From NCBI GenBank assembly GCA_016219225.1, contig JACRBX010000047.1, forward strand, positions 3,846 through 67,845: DNA of 64,000 bases, in the 5' to 3' direction. Made by a program: the position numbers and the translations under genes. This document shows, in pieces, positions 1 through 10,447 of the stretch. The stretch comes from Deltaproteobacteria bacterium (GTDB taxonomy: Bacteria > Desulfobacterota > RBG-13-43-22). Numbering within the stretch: the stretch's first letter is position 1; every line of letters begins with the position of its first letter. The notes under the pieces were generated by a model. The model did not search any database, was not told where the DNA came from, and was given only the letters and a program-made list of their open reading frames with translations.

Positions 1-12
1 CCGGGTCGAAAA

Positions 13-960
13 GTGGCCTACCCCTCCCCGGACGACTTTGTAGACCACTTTAAAAAGGTCAGTCAGGCCATCCGGCAGGTGCAGCCCAAGGCCCAAATCG
101 GGCTCCCTATCTCCGAGACCCCCTTATGGGGAACCTATCTCCTGAGTAAGGCAGCCGGATATTATGATTTTGTGACCGGTCACTATTATGCCGTCTCCCA
201 GGCCCACCGCCGAAAGTTTGAAGCCGTTGCCTTAACTGAAAACTTCAAGATCCTGGATAAAATAATCCGCATCAATGAACTGATCAAGGCCTATAATCCT
301 GGGAAAGAGGTCTACCAACTGGATACCGAATGGGGAATGCACAGTGGAGGGCCGAACAATGAAGCGGCCGACTTTGTAACCCGAAACGCCAACATCTTCG
401 GGCTCCTTCATCGGGCCGTACGCCTGATCTATTATGCCCGGGAGGGGATCCTCCGAGGTGCCGGCTCCTGGAATTTATTGTCCAATCTGGATGCCCCCGG
501 GTTTGCCGTCCTTTCTTCTCAAGCCCCGGGGGAAAAGACTCTTTTGTATTGGCTTTATTATTATTTTAATCGCCATTTAGGAGACTGGGTTCTCGATATG
601 AAGGGGACGGCTCCTTACTATATTCCAGTTTCAGGAGAGGACCCGCTGACCAAATCAGGTGAATTTCCAGGCCCTTTAACTCCGGTCCTAACCACCATGA
701 GTAAGGACGGAAAGGCCCTTTTTTTTGTTATCGCCAATGGATCATGGCATAAGGAGGTCCCTTGCCTGGTGACTATTTTAAATCATCATTCCAGTCAGGC
801 GGAGGCTGTTTTGCTTACCCATCATGATTCTAACGGAAGACCCTTTTTGGATAGAAAGGAAGATGCTGTTTCCCGATTGCCGGTTTCGATCCAGAAACAG
901 GAACTGCGATGCAATATTCCGCCTCATTCGGTGGTTTTTATTACCGTGCGGGGGAAATAA
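13..960 (+). CDS. hypothetical protein, probably 5'-truncated at the window edge
   Basis: ORF open from the first in-frame codon of the window; no start context visible; no motif I can assign confidently. Confidence 0.35.
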   Translation: MAYPSPDDFVDHFKKVSQAIRQVQPKAQIGLPISETPLWGTYLLSKAAGYYDFVTGHYYAVSQAHRRKFEAVALTENFKILDKIIRINELIKAYNPGKEVYQLDTEWGMHSGGPNNEAADFVTRNANIFGLLHRAVRLIYYAREGILRGAGSWNLLSNLDAPGFAVLSSQAPGEKTLLYWLYYYFNRHLGDWVLDMKGTAPYYIPVSGEDPLTKSGEFPGPLTPVLTTMSKDGKALFFVIANGSWHKEVPCLVTILNHHSSQAEAVLLTHHDSNGRPFLDRKEDAVSRLPVSIQKQELRCNIPPHSVVFITVRGK

Positions 961-1014
961 GTCTCTCTCCTCTTTGCCCTGCACCTAGGGAAGCAATACA
1001 AGAGAAGAATTAAC

Positions 1015-2388
1015 ATGGGTCGTTCAAAAGCCATCTGGATCATCCTGATAATCTGTCTTGTCAGCCGGTTGATTTTCTTCCTGGCCGTTAAACCCTGGGA
1101 TCAACGGGTTAGAGACGGGATCCTTCTTAAAGAGGATGCCTTAGAGTACCACCAATTGGCCATCACCATGGCCCAAGACCATCAGTTTGCCTATGAAAAG
1201 GATGGACCTACAGATACCTTCAGAACCCCTCTATATCCTTTGTTCGTCAGTCTGATTTATTTTTTTCAAGACCAACCCAGGCCATGGACGGTTCTCTTAG
1301 TCCAAATATTGATTGATACGGCCTCCTGTTTTTTACTCTTTTTATTAATCGTTAAATTTTTAAATAAACGGATAGCGTTTTATGCCTCTCTTTTTTATGC
1401 CGTAGATCCGTTCTTTATTTTGTACTCGGTCACCCTCCTAAGTGATATCCTTTTTGTATTTTTATGCATCCTGGGGGCCATCTTTTTGGCCGTGCCCTTG
1501 GCCAGAGAATTCAAGGAAAGGAGCAGCGTCTGGATCGCCCTATCCGCCCTGACCTTCGGCCTGGCCACTCTGGTCAGACCGGTCTCCCAATTTATTCCTT
1601 TTATCATTTTTTTCTTTCTGCTCTATATCTTGAGGGAAAAATTGAAGAAAGGAATAGGGTTGATGTTGTTATTTTTTCTTTTCTTTCTATTAACCCTTTC
1701 CCCTTGGATGATAAGAAATCTGGTCCGTTTCGATACACCTTCTTTGTCAACTGTAGGGAGTTATGATATCGTCATCCTATATATTCAACCCATGGAGATC
1801 GAGCGCAGGGGACAACCCTTCGAGGATGTTCGAAAGGCCCTCCTCAAGGAGGCGGACCAGCTTATGATCCAAGATGGTAAAGATCCTCAGAGGATGAATG
1901 AATTCCAAAAAGACCCATACTGGAGAAGACTGGCCTTCCGCTATATCGCCCAATATCCTTTCTCTTTTTTAAAGCATTTTTTATTCGGTATTTTACATAC
2001 CATGGGAAATCTGGCCACCGGTCCTTATGCCGAGTTGCTCCAGCTTTCAAATAAAACGGGGAATTTTCAAATCAAAGGCCATTCCGGCTTGATCGCTTTA
2101 ATAAAAGGATGGTTTAGTCAAAAATCCAGGGTAGAAATAGGAATCGGCCTGACCATTGCTTTGTATTTAATGGGTAGTTATTTTTTGTGGGCTTTAGGTC
2201 TGATTATTTTTTGGAAAAGTTGGCGTCATCAGCCTTTTTTGTGGTTCAGCCTTTTGATAGCCTTATATTTTATTTTCATTACCGGTTCAGCGGGATTGGC
2301 CAGGTATAAACTTCCTGCCGTTCCCTTTTATTTGGTTTTTGTCGGGTTGGGCCTCCATTATATCTTGTGCCGGGACAAAAGGGAATAG
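1015..2388 (+). CDS. polytopic membrane glycosyltransferase, GT-C fold (GT39/GT83, ArnT/PMT-like)
   Basis: ~12 predicted TM helices; N-terminal periplasmic-loop motif KEDALEYHQLA resembling the DEAxY acidic motif of the ArnT/PMT family; clustered with GT2 and aminosugar genes. Confidence 0.55.
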   Translation: MGRSKAIWIILIICLVSRLIFFLAVKPWDQRVRDGILLKEDALEYHQLAITMAQDHQFAYEKDGPTDTFRTPLYPLFVSLIYFFQDQPRPWTVLLVQILIDTASCFLLFLLIVKFLNKRIAFYASLFYAVDPFFILYSVTLLSDILFVFLCILGAIFLAVPLAREFKERSSVWIALSALTFGLATLVRPVSQFIPFIIFFFLLYILREKLKKGIGLMLLFFLFFLLTLSPWMIRNLVRFDTPSLSTVGSYDIVILYIQPMEIERRGQPFEDVRKALLKEADQLMIQDGKDPQRMNEFQKDPYWRRLAFRYIAQYPFSFLKHFLFGILHTMGNLATGPYAELLQLSNKTGNFQIKGHSGLIALIKGWFSQKSRVEIGIGLTIALYLMGSYFLWALGLIIFWKSWRHQPFLWFSLLIALYFIFITGSAGLARYKLPAVPFYLVFVGLGLHYILCRDKRE

Positions 2389-2392
2389 GGAC

Positions 2393-3742
2393 ATGAAATG
2401 GTTTAAAAAGACTCCGTTTTCATTATGGGCCATTATATTAGGATATGGCTTGCTTAATATTCCTTTTTTGTTCTCAGGATTTGGAGAACCGGATGGTTGG
2501 AGAAATGGATTGGCCGCCCTGGGTTGGGCACAAGATTTGGGTTATATACCCTCCAGATTTCCGGGCTTCCCGGTGGTCGAATTGGCTTACGGTGTAGCGG
2601 CCAAGCTTTTTCCATGGGAGTCGTTTTGGATTTATACCAATTTGGTGACTCTATTCATAACGATGATCGGGATTTATTTTTTCTTTCAGATAGCGCATTA
2701 CCACAAGATATCCCAACTTCTGACAACTGTTTTACTCCTCTTTTTTATACCGGTCGTCTTTATTAACGCTTCCTCATCTATGGATTACCTCTGGACCGCA
2801 ACCTTTATCTTGATTTCCTACTGGGCCTTATTACAAAATAAAGCGATTATAGGAGGTCTTTCCCTTGGTTTGGCCATCGGAGCCCGGTTAACCACAGGCA
2901 TTTTTTTGCCCGCATTTTTACTATTTCTGGTATGGAATGAGAAAGTTTTTACTAAAAAGACTGTCCTTCGGGGAACTCTGCTGTTCGTTTGCGCGACCCT
3001 GTTCATTTCCTTGGGCGCCTATTTCCCCTTGCTCTGGCGATATCATCTTAATTTTCTGGAAACCCTATACCCGCCTCGTGATTTTATCCGGAGCGGCTAT
3101 TATGTCATGCAATGGATTTTCGGATTGCCGGGGTGGATATTTTTTCTATTCTGGGTATTCAAGAAAAGAAAAGGGTTTATGCAATGGAATTGGGAGTTTT
3201 ACTTGTGGGGGTTCATCATTGCCGCTTATCTTGTTTTGTTTCTGGTTAAACCAGAAAAAGTGGAATACCTGATCCCCATGTTCCCTTTTGCGGTCCTCTG
3301 GATCGCTCGATGGCTCAATGGGAAACACTTGACTATCTTGACCTGCCTGGTTATTGGGAATAATTTAATATCCTTCCTGGTGTTCCAACCCGGTCCCCAA
3401 GGATTGAAAATGGAATGGGTCGACAAAGGGACCGCCTTTCAGAAGTACGCCGCCTACAAGCAGTATATCGGAGATAATCGTTTTCTTGTTCGATATCCTT
3501 ATTTGCCTAATTCAGTAGTGGTTGTGGGCTGGTATGAACCTGGCATTGAATATTTCTTAGAGCTTCCTGCCAATCAGACCAGAAAGAATGAGTTGTTAAA
3601 AAACAGGATCCAATTTTCTCATAATTCCGGTTGCGCCTGGCGAAAAAACACTTATTTAGTGGAGGGACCGAGTCGGGAAAAAGAGGGAGATCCTGCTTTA
3701 GTTAATGCCCAGGTTATTCGTCTCCCCTCAATGTCCAAATAA
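2393..3742 (+). CDS. polytopic membrane protein, putative GT-C glycosyltransferase
   Basis: Many hydrophobic segments; start moved to ATG 2393 (MKWFKK) just after the upstream stop at 2386-2388; operon context with ArnT-like and GT2 genes. Confidence 0.45.
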   Translation: MKWFKKTPFSLWAIILGYGLLNIPFLFSGFGEPDGWRNGLAALGWAQDLGYIPSRFPGFPVVELAYGVAAKLFPWESFWIYTNLVTLFITMIGIYFFFQIAHYHKISQLLTTVLLLFFIPVVFINASSSMDYLWTATFILISYWALLQNKAIIGGLSLGLAIGARLTTGIFLPAFLLFLVWNEKVFTKKTVLRGTLLFVCATLFISLGAYFPLLWRYHLNFLETLYPPRDFIRSGYYVMQWIFGLPGWIFFLFWVFKKRKGFMQWNWEFYLWGFIIAAYLVLFLVKPEKVEYLIPMFPFAVLWIARWLNGKHLTILTCLVIGNNLISFLVFQPGPQGLKMEWVDKGTAFQKYAAYKQYIGDNRFLVRYPYLPNSVVVVGWYEPGIEYFLELPANQTRKNELLKNRIQFSHNSGCAWRKNTYLVEGPSREKEGDPALVNAQVIRLPSMSK

Positions 3743-4536
3743 TGGAAGGAAGGCCCATGGTACTTGGTAAAAAAGTAGTCGTAGTTATGCCGGCTTATAA
3801 TGCCGCGCAGACCTTAGAGAAAACCTATAGTGAGATGCCTCATGAAGTAGTGGATGATGTGATTTTAGTCGATGATTTCAGTCATGATCGGACGACTGAA
3901 TTGGCCCGGTCTTTGGGGATCAAAGTTTTTCTCCATGAGAGTAACTATGGGTATGGAAGAAACCAAAAAACTTGCTATGCCGAGGCGTTGAAAGTGGATG
4001 CCGATATCATTGTTATGCTCCATCCGGATTATCAATATACACCCAGGCTGGTTCTACCTATGGCTGCTATGATTGCCGGAGGGGAATATGATGTGGTTTT
4101 AGCCTCCCGGATCATTGGTGGGGGCGCCTTAAGTGGGGGAATGCCCTATTATAAATATATTTTTAATCGCTTTCTTACCGCTTTCCAAAACCTATTGATG
4201 GGTTCAAAACTCTCTGAATTTCATACCGGCTATCGGGCTTTTTCACGGAAGGTTTTGGAAACACTTCCTCTATTGGAAAATTCAGATGATTTTGTTTTTG
4301 ATAACCAGATGTTGGCCCAAACCTTGATTTTCGGATTTAAGATCGGAGAACTCTCCTGTCCGACCAAATATTTCCCCGAAGCCTCATCGATTAATTTTTG
4401 GAGAAGTTCTCGATATGGGATCGGGGTAATCCTGACCAGCCTGACGTTTCGGCTGCAAAAATTGCGATTCGTGCACTCCCGGTTATTTAGCTCCAAAGGC
4501 CAACGTTTGGGGGAAGGTTATTATAAAAAATATTAA
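3742..4536 (+). CDS. glycosyltransferase family 2, polyprenyl-phosphate sugar synthase-like (DPM1/ArnC-like)
   Basis: VVVMPAYNAAQTL...VILVDDFSHDRT GT2 nucleotide-binding and DxD region; start overlaps upstream stop (TAATG). Confidence 0.7.
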   Translation: MEGRPMVLGKKVVVVMPAYNAAQTLEKTYSEMPHEVVDDVILVDDFSHDRTTELARSLGIKVFLHESNYGYGRNQKTCYAEALKVDADIIVMLHPDYQYTPRLVLPMAAMIAGGEYDVVLASRIIGGGALSGGMPYYKYIFNRFLTAFQNLLMGSKLSEFHTGYRAFSRKVLETLPLLENSDDFVFDNQMLAQTLIFGFKIGELSCPTKYFPEASSINFWRSSRYGIGVILTSLTFRLQKLRFVHSRLFSSKGQRLGEGYYKKY

Positions 4537-4716
4537 TTTTTATACTATTTTATCCTTGATAGAGTTTTTTTTATCCTTTATTCTTTCTGAAGATAATAAA
4601 AGAGATTAGGAAATAATCAATCTCAGTCAAAACACGCTAAAAACGATGGTAAGAGATAGGGAGATCAGGGGATAACCTCAAAATAATTGTAGCTAAGAAA
4701 AAACGAGAGGATAAAT

Positions 4717-5196
4717 ATGCCGATAGCATCAGATGTTAAATTGGGGAAAGGGGTCTGCTTCCATCATCCCGAATTAATCAATCTCTATGGGTGCAGTATC
4801 GGTGATGAGACCAAGATCGGTGCCTTTGTGGAGATCCAAAAAAATGCCCAAATAGGTGCCCGTTGCAAGATTTCCTCTCATGGTTTTATCTGTGAAGGGG
4901 TAACGATTGAGGATGAGGTCTTTATAGGGCATGGGGTGATCTTTATTAATGATCGGTATCCTCGGGCAACAAGGGATGGTTATTTACAGGATGATAGCGA
5001 TTGGGAGGTCGTCCCCACAAAGGTTAAACGCGGGGCTTCTATCGGTAGCGGGGCGTTGATCCTTTGTGGCGTAACTATTGGAGAGAAGGCCATGGTGGGT
5101 GCAGGAGCCGTGGTCACTCAGGATGTACCCGACTGGGCCATAGTTGCAGGGACGCCAGCCAGATTCATTAGGAATATCAATGAAAAAGAGCAATAG
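4717..5196 (+). CDS. sugar N-acetyltransferase, left-handed beta-helix (hexapeptide repeat) family
   Basis: Repeated [LIV]G-x4 hexapeptide pattern (IGAFVEI, IGARCKI, IGHGVIF, IGSGALI, VGAGAVV); WbpD/QdtC-like size. Confidence 0.7.
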   Translation: MPIASDVKLGKGVCFHHPELINLYGCSIGDETKIGAFVEIQKNAQIGARCKISSHGFICEGVTIEDEVFIGHGVIFINDRYPRATRDGYLQDDSDWEVVPTKVKRGASIGSGALILCGVTIGEKAMVGAGAVVTQDVPDWAIVAGTPARFIRNINEKEQ

Positions 5197-5199
5197 GAA

Positions 5200-5574
5200 T
5201 TGACTGTTTCTGGTCTGATATTGGTGATTTTCAGCGCTTTATTGACTGTGGCGGCTAATCTCCTAATGAGAGCGGGGATTTTGCGGGCCGGTGGATTTCA
5301 TCTTGGATTAAATACGATCCGTGAACCCATCCTGTCCCTCCTTCAGCAACCCATGTTTCTGATAGGAGTTATTTTATATGGAGCTGCTGCGGTTGTCTGG
5401 TTTCGCGTCCTTTCTTTTGAAAATCTCAGCAATAGTTATCCCTTACTGGTGAGTCTGACTTTTGCCTTGGTTACTTTGGGTGCGGCTTTATTTTTTCACG
5501 AACAAATCACTTTGCAGAAGATAGTGGGGTTGTTGGTAATCTTAGTGGGTATTATATTAGTGGCTTCAAATTGA
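5200..5574 (+). CDS. small 4-TM DMT/SMR-type protein, ArnE/ArnF-like undecaprenyl-phosphate-aminosugar flippase subunit
   Basis: 124 aa, four hydrophobic helices, TTG start; sits between the acetyltransferase and oxidoreductase genes. Confidence 0.5.
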   Translation: MTVSGLILVIFSALLTVAANLLMRAGILRAGGFHLGLNTIREPILSLLQQPMFLIGVILYGAAAVVWFRVLSFENLSNSYPLLVSLTFALVTLGAALFFHEQITLQKIVGLLVILVGIILVASN

Positions 5575-5584
5575 GGAAAATTAA

Positions 5585-6601
5585 ATGATCCAAGTAGGTG
5601 TGATTGGTTATGGGTATTGGGGGCCCAACTTGGTCCGTAATTTTTTGGAGGTCCCTGGGTGCCGGGTAGTAATGGTGAGTGATTTGCGCCCTGAACGGTT
5701 GGCCTTAGTACAACAACGTTATCCAGGGATAAGGATAACCGTTGATTATCATGATTTGATTTCCGACCCGGCTATAGATGCCATAGCTATCGCCACCCCT
5801 GTTCATACCCATTTTAGCTTAGCTCTTGAGGCCCTACGGTTAGGAAAGCATGTGTTGGTAGAGAAGCCCTTGGCCGATACCTCTGATCATTGTCTTCAGC
5901 TTATTGAAGAAGCGGCCGGGCGAAATAAGGTATTGATGGTGGACCACACCTTTGTTTATACCGGGGCCGTGCGAAAAATCAGAGAATTGGTTGAGGGCGA
6001 TAGTCTGGGTGACCTTTACTACTATGATTCGGTGAGAATAAATCTCGGGTTATTTCATAATGACGTCAATGTGATCTGGGACTTGGCGGTACATGATCTT
6101 TCCATTATGGATTTTGTCATGTCGTCACGACCAATTGCTGTATCCGCAACGGGTATCCGCCACATTCAGGAACAACCTGAAAATATTGCCTATCTTACTT
6201 TATTTTTTAATAACTTTTTGATCGCCCATTTACATGTTAATTGGCTTGCTCCTGTTAAAATACGTCGGACGTTACTTGGGGGAAGCCAAAGAATGGTTGT
6301 CTACGATGACTTAGAGTTTAGTGAAAAGGTTAAGGTCTATGATAAGGGAGTCACGGTTAATAGCACTGTCGATAGCCTTTACCAGGTGCTGGTTGGTTAT
6401 CGTACCGGCGACATGTGGGCACCCCAATTATCTACGACTGAGGCCTTGTTAATGGAATCTCAACACTTTATCTCCTGCATTGAGAAAGGCGAGCACCCGG
6501 TTACGGACGGACAAGCTGGTTTGCGGGTGGTGCGTATCATCGAAGCAGCTACCCAGTCCATGGCTCAGCGTGGGCGGCCGATGGATTTGAGCAAGGACTA
6601 A
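5585..6601 (+). CDS. Gfo/Idh/MocA family NAD(P)-dependent sugar oxidoreductase (WbpB-like)
   Basis: N-terminal Rossmann MIQVGVIGYGYWGPNLV; EKPLA motif typical of the family. Confidence 0.75.
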   Translation: MIQVGVIGYGYWGPNLVRNFLEVPGCRVVMVSDLRPERLALVQQRYPGIRITVDYHDLISDPAIDAIAIATPVHTHFSLALEALRLGKHVLVEKPLADTSDHCLQLIEEAAGRNKVLMVDHTFVYTGAVRKIRELVEGDSLGDLYYYDSVRINLGLFHNDVNVIWDLAVHDLSIMDFVMSSRPIAVSATGIRHIQEQPENIAYLTLFFNNFLIAHLHVNWLAPVKIRRTLLGGSQRMVVYDDLEFSEKVKVYDKGVTVNSTVDSLYQVLVGYRTGDMWAPQLSTTEALLMESQHFISCIEKGEHPVTDGQAGLRVVRIIEAATQSMAQRGRPMDLSKD

Positions 6602-6603
6602 CG

Positions 6604-7698
6604 ATGATCCCATTCGTCGATTTGAAAGCCCAGTATTTAAGTCTTAAGGAAGAGATTGACACCGCTGTGGCTAAAATTTTTGAAAGTTGCCAGTTTATCT
6701 TGGGAGATGAAGTTTCGGCCTTTGAAAAGGAATTCGCCGCTTATACCGGAACACGGTTCGGAATCGCCGTAAATTCAGGGACCAGTGCTTTGCATTTGGC
6801 TTTATTGGCAGCCGGAATAGGCTTGGGTGATGAAGTGATCACCGTCCCGTTCACCTTTGTGGCCACCGTAGCGGCTATTGAATATGTAGGAGCCCGCCCG
6901 GTCTTTGTTGACATCGAGCCCGGATCCTATACCATGAATGCAAAACAAATTGAGGAAAAAATCACTGAACACACCAAGGCCATTCTTCCCGTCCATTTGT
7001 ATGGCCAACCCGCCGATATGGATCCAATTCAAGAAATTGCCCGAAGGAATGGTCTGGTCATCGTCGAAGACGCCGCTCAAGCCCATGGAGCCGAGTACAA
7101 GGGGCAAAGAGTCGGAGGGATCGGTCACTTGGGATGTTTCAGCTTTTATCCGGGGAAAAACCTGGGGGCCTATGGTGAGGGTGGAATGGTGGTCACCAAC
7201 AATCCTGAATATGATCGTTTGATTCGTATGCTGCGTGATTGGGGGCAGGACCGGAAATACTCCCATGTATTAAAAGGGTTTAATTTTCGTATGGAAGGGC
7301 TGCAAGGGGCTATTCTGCGAGTCAAATTACGGCATCTCGAAGCTTGGACGGAGTCTCGGAGGACTCATGCGGACGAGTATCGTAACAGGCTAATAGGATG
7401 TGATTTGCAGCTACCGGAGGAGATGCCCTATGCCCATCACGTCTATCATGTTTTTACCGTTCGTTTTTCCCGAAGAAATGTTCTTCAGGAAAAATTAACC
7501 GCCGAAGGGATACAAACAGGGATCCATTATCCTTTGCCGGTGCATTTACAAATGGCTTATTCTAATTTGGGTTATCAGAGAGGTGATTTCCCATTTTCAG
7601 AAAGTGCAGCAGAAGAAGTTCTTTCTCTGCCTTTGTATCCCGAAATGAATGAAACTCAAATAGAAAGAGTCTGCAAGGTCATAAAGCAAAATGGATAA
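6604..7698 (+). CDS. DegT/DnrJ/EryC1/StrS family PLP-dependent sugar aminotransferase
   Basis: Conserved SFYPGKNLGAYGEGG and DAAQAHG motifs of the DegT family. Confidence 0.8.
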   Translation: MIPFVDLKAQYLSLKEEIDTAVAKIFESCQFILGDEVSAFEKEFAAYTGTRFGIAVNSGTSALHLALLAAGIGLGDEVITVPFTFVATVAAIEYVGARPVFVDIEPGSYTMNAKQIEEKITEHTKAILPVHLYGQPADMDPIQEIARRNGLVIVEDAAQAHGAEYKGQRVGGIGHLGCFSFYPGKNLGAYGEGGMVVTNNPEYDRLIRMLRDWGQDRKYSHVLKGFNFRMEGLQGAILRVKLRHLEAWTESRRTHADEYRNRLIGCDLQLPEEMPYAHHVYHVFTVRFSRRNVLQEKLTAEGIQTGIHYPLPVHLQMAYSNLGYQRGDFPFSESAAEEVLSLPLYPEMNETQIERVCKVIKQNG

Positions 7699-7952
7699 AC
7701 CTCCTATGGAATATTATAACGCGAAAATGCTGTTCGTCGTTTACCTTTCGGGGAAATAAATTCTTAAGATTCAAGATGCTCAATGAAGCAGATTTGCGAG
7801 TTTAAAAAGGATTCCTTTGAAAAAATGAAAGTTTATAATAAAGGGTTAACCCTTATCGATAACCCTGAGAATCGTTTTTAGATGATGACCGGCTACAGGC
7901 AGAAGGGATATGTGGGCTCCTCCTTCGGATATCAACGAAGCCTTATGGAAAA

Positions 7953-9569
7953 TTGATGTCGGATAATACCTTTCTGAGGCCTCACCTCGCAAACCCAAAG
8001 CTCATTTTAATATTATTAATCTTATTGGCATGGTCTTGCCGACTCATCCTTGTCTTCCATGGCGGTCAATTGTTTTGGCCGGATGAGATGCGATACTTCC
8101 GGACATGGAAATTACTTTACTATATTTCCAACGGAAATATAGGGGAGGCTGTGGACGCTCTTATCCCAGATTCTTATGTGAATGGAGGATTTATTTTCCT
8201 ATCCACCATTCCTGCTTTTTTTCAATATGGAATAATTCTTTTAAAAAATCTCCCTCTTACTTTAGCATCGGTTGGGGATACGAGTTGGGTGCCTGCCCTA
8301 TTTCTGTCGACTGCCTCCGTAGCCAGTATTGGATTAATCTATGCTGTTTCTCGAAAGAAAGGTGCCGGTGAAACAGAGAGTCTGCTGGCAGCATTCTTGA
8401 TGGCCATCTCGGTGAGTATGTTGTATTATTCTCGTCATCTGTTTTCTTACGACCTTGCCATGGCTTTAGGCCTACTGGCTTTGTGGCTAGGATTGAATCA
8501 GCACTGGAATATTCGACAATCGGTCCTGTGCGGTCTTTTGGCCTTTTCAACTTTTTGGGTTTATAATGGATATTGGTTATTTGCCTTGACATCTCTGGTT
8601 TTTCACACATTATCCGGTAAGCCGCCGAAACGGGACATGATTAAACGAGGGGTAGTCAGCGGATTTGGATTCATCTTACCCATAGCCCTGCTAACCCTTT
8701 GGACTTTTTACCGAGGCACAACTCCGTTTATCACTAAATTGGTCAGGAGTAGCCAAGTCATAACACAAGGTGATTTTTCTGAAGGTTGGTCTTTACCCTG
8801 GGTCTATCTTTGGCAGGCTGAACACGGTCTGCTATTTCTATGGGGAATAGGCATTGGAATAGTCCTTTGGCTGTCTTTTAGGGACCGGCACCCGGCCCGT
8901 GAGCGGGGTTTGGTCTGGGTAGGAGCCGTAGCCGGAATTTATTTGTTTCTTTTCTTTTTTTCTTCTGTCCTTGAAAAAATGGTCGTCTATGGGCGTCTGG
9001 CCCGACAAATGGTGCCTTTTTTATGCCTATCAGCTTCTTGCGGCCTTACCTATTTTGTGGAAAGATATTGGCCTAAAGGTAAAAATTGGATGCTAATCAT
9101 CTTTATCCTTATTTTGATCCAAACAGCGATTAACTTTGCCCAACCTTTCAACCAGCGTTTCCCGGTTGACATTCAGCGTCGGGTAAAGGATCATTATGGA
9201 GAAGTAGCTCTGGATTTATCGATTAAGTGCCCCCCGGCCTTATGTGAAAAGGAGAAAAAGATGTTTTTGATTAAACGTCAGTTAGAAGCCATCTACGGAG
9301 AAAAGGCCCGAAACCTAATTATGAAGGAATCATCGGCAGAGGATGGAAAGGGGGAAAGGTGTCCCTCGCCATATGTTTTAGTAAATGCTCAATATCTCTA
9401 CCCAGTCTGGGGATCCAAGACCATATCGACCGGTGAGACTTTGTTAAGCTTTAACCATCCGTTGCAGTATCTTCCCTATCAGTATGAAGGGTATACCCCC
9501 AAAGAACGCTCAATTCTCAGATCTACGGATATTTCCATGCGTCTGATAGATACCAGAACCACCCGATAA
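7953..9569 (+). CDS. polytopic membrane protein, putative GT-C glycosyltransferase
   Basis: Multiple TM helices; early loop motif FWPDEMRYF (acidic DE..Y motif as in GT-C transferases). Confidence 0.4.
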   Translation: MMSDNTFLRPHLANPKLILILLILLAWSCRLILVFHGGQLFWPDEMRYFRTWKLLYYISNGNIGEAVDALIPDSYVNGGFIFLSTIPAFFQYGIILLKNLPLTLASVGDTSWVPALFLSTASVASIGLIYAVSRKKGAGETESLLAAFLMAISVSMLYYSRHLFSYDLAMALGLLALWLGLNQHWNIRQSVLCGLLAFSTFWVYNGYWLFALTSLVFHTLSGKPPKRDMIKRGVVSGFGFILPIALLTLWTFYRGTTPFITKLVRSSQVITQGDFSEGWSLPWVYLWQAEHGLLFLWGIGIGIVLWLSFRDRHPARERGLVWVGAVAGIYLFLFFFSSVLEKMVVYGRLARQMVPFLCLSASCGLTYFVERYWPKGKNWMLIIFILILIQTAINFAQPFNQRFPVDIQRRVKDHYGEVALDLSIKCPPALCEKEKKMFLIKRQLEAIYGEKARNLIMKESSAEDGKGERCPSPYVLVNAQYLYPVWGSKTISTGETLLSFNHPLQYLPYQYEGYTPKERSILRSTDISMRLIDTRTTR

Positions 9570-9673
9570 AGAATGAATAAGATAGGGATAGGAAACTCAA
9601 GTTTGGCAAATTTTTTATGTTACCAGTGCTTCTGCTCTTCCAGGCAGGTTGCGGATATAAAGGAAAATGACTA

Positions 9674-10447
9674 TTGACTGATCCGATTGGAAAAATAAAA
9701 AAATTTTGGGATGATCGGGCACTAAATGACGATTTGTCGGAAGATCTACTTACTCATCGTGACAAAAATCAGAGAATGTTGGAGATTGAGACCCTATCGT
9801 CCCACCTTCCATACAACCAACATATCCTGGATATCGGTTGTGGAAATGGCTTTTCAACGGCCTTATTCTCCAAACAGGCCCAAAAAATTGTTGGTCTTGA
9901 CTATTCCGGGGCTATGATTGAGCGGGCCAAAAACAATTTTGGACATCTTCCTAATATTGAATTCAAGGTTCAAGATGTGCTCAATTTGGATTTCCCGGAG
10001 TGTCATTTCGATGTTGTTATTTCTCAGCGATGTCTGATTAATCTTGGAACCTGGGAAAATCAACAAAAGGCCTTGCTGAACATTAAAAAGGTTTTAAAGC
10101 CCGGCGGTTTTTTCCTCCTTCAGGAAGGGACACGGCAAGGGCGGGAAAAATTAAATCAAACGAGGGAAATTTTCGGCTTGGACCGCATGCCGGAGGTGTC
10201 TTTTAATCTTGATTTTGATGAAGACAAACTCTGGCCTTTCATCCGGCAGCATTTTGATATTGTCGAAATTCGCCGGTTTGGGCTTTATGATTTGATTTCA
10301 CGGGTGGTGCATCCTCTTTTGGTCAGTCCCGCCAAACCCGAATACGATGCCGAAATAAATAAGATTGCCCGGCGCCTTTCCCGGTTAAGGGGAATGGAAG
10401 AGTTGAGTCGAGAGTTCAGCGCCTTTTTGCGTCGCTTGGACGAGTGA
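9674..10447 (+). CDS. class I SAM-dependent methyltransferase
   Basis: Motif I ILDIGCGNGFST; TTG start as given by the ORF track. Confidence 0.65.
   Translation: MTDPIGKIKKFWDDRALNDDLSEDLLTHRDKNQRMLEIETLSSHLPYNQHILDIGCGNGFSTALFSKQAQKIVGLDYSGAMIERAKNNFGHLPNIEFKVQDVLNLDFPECHFDVVISQRCLINLGTWENQQKALLNIKKVLKPGGFFLLQEGTRQGREKLNQTREIFGLDRMPEVSFNLDFDEDKLWPFIRQHFDIVEIRRFGLYDLISRVVHPLLVSPAKPEYDAEINKIARRLSRLRGMEELSREFSAFLRRLDE

Noticed and set aside
13-960. Calling the first partial ORF a glycoside hydrolase
   Set aside because: Only a vague TEWG/NEAAD resemblance to TIM-barrel hydrolases. Insufficient to name a family.
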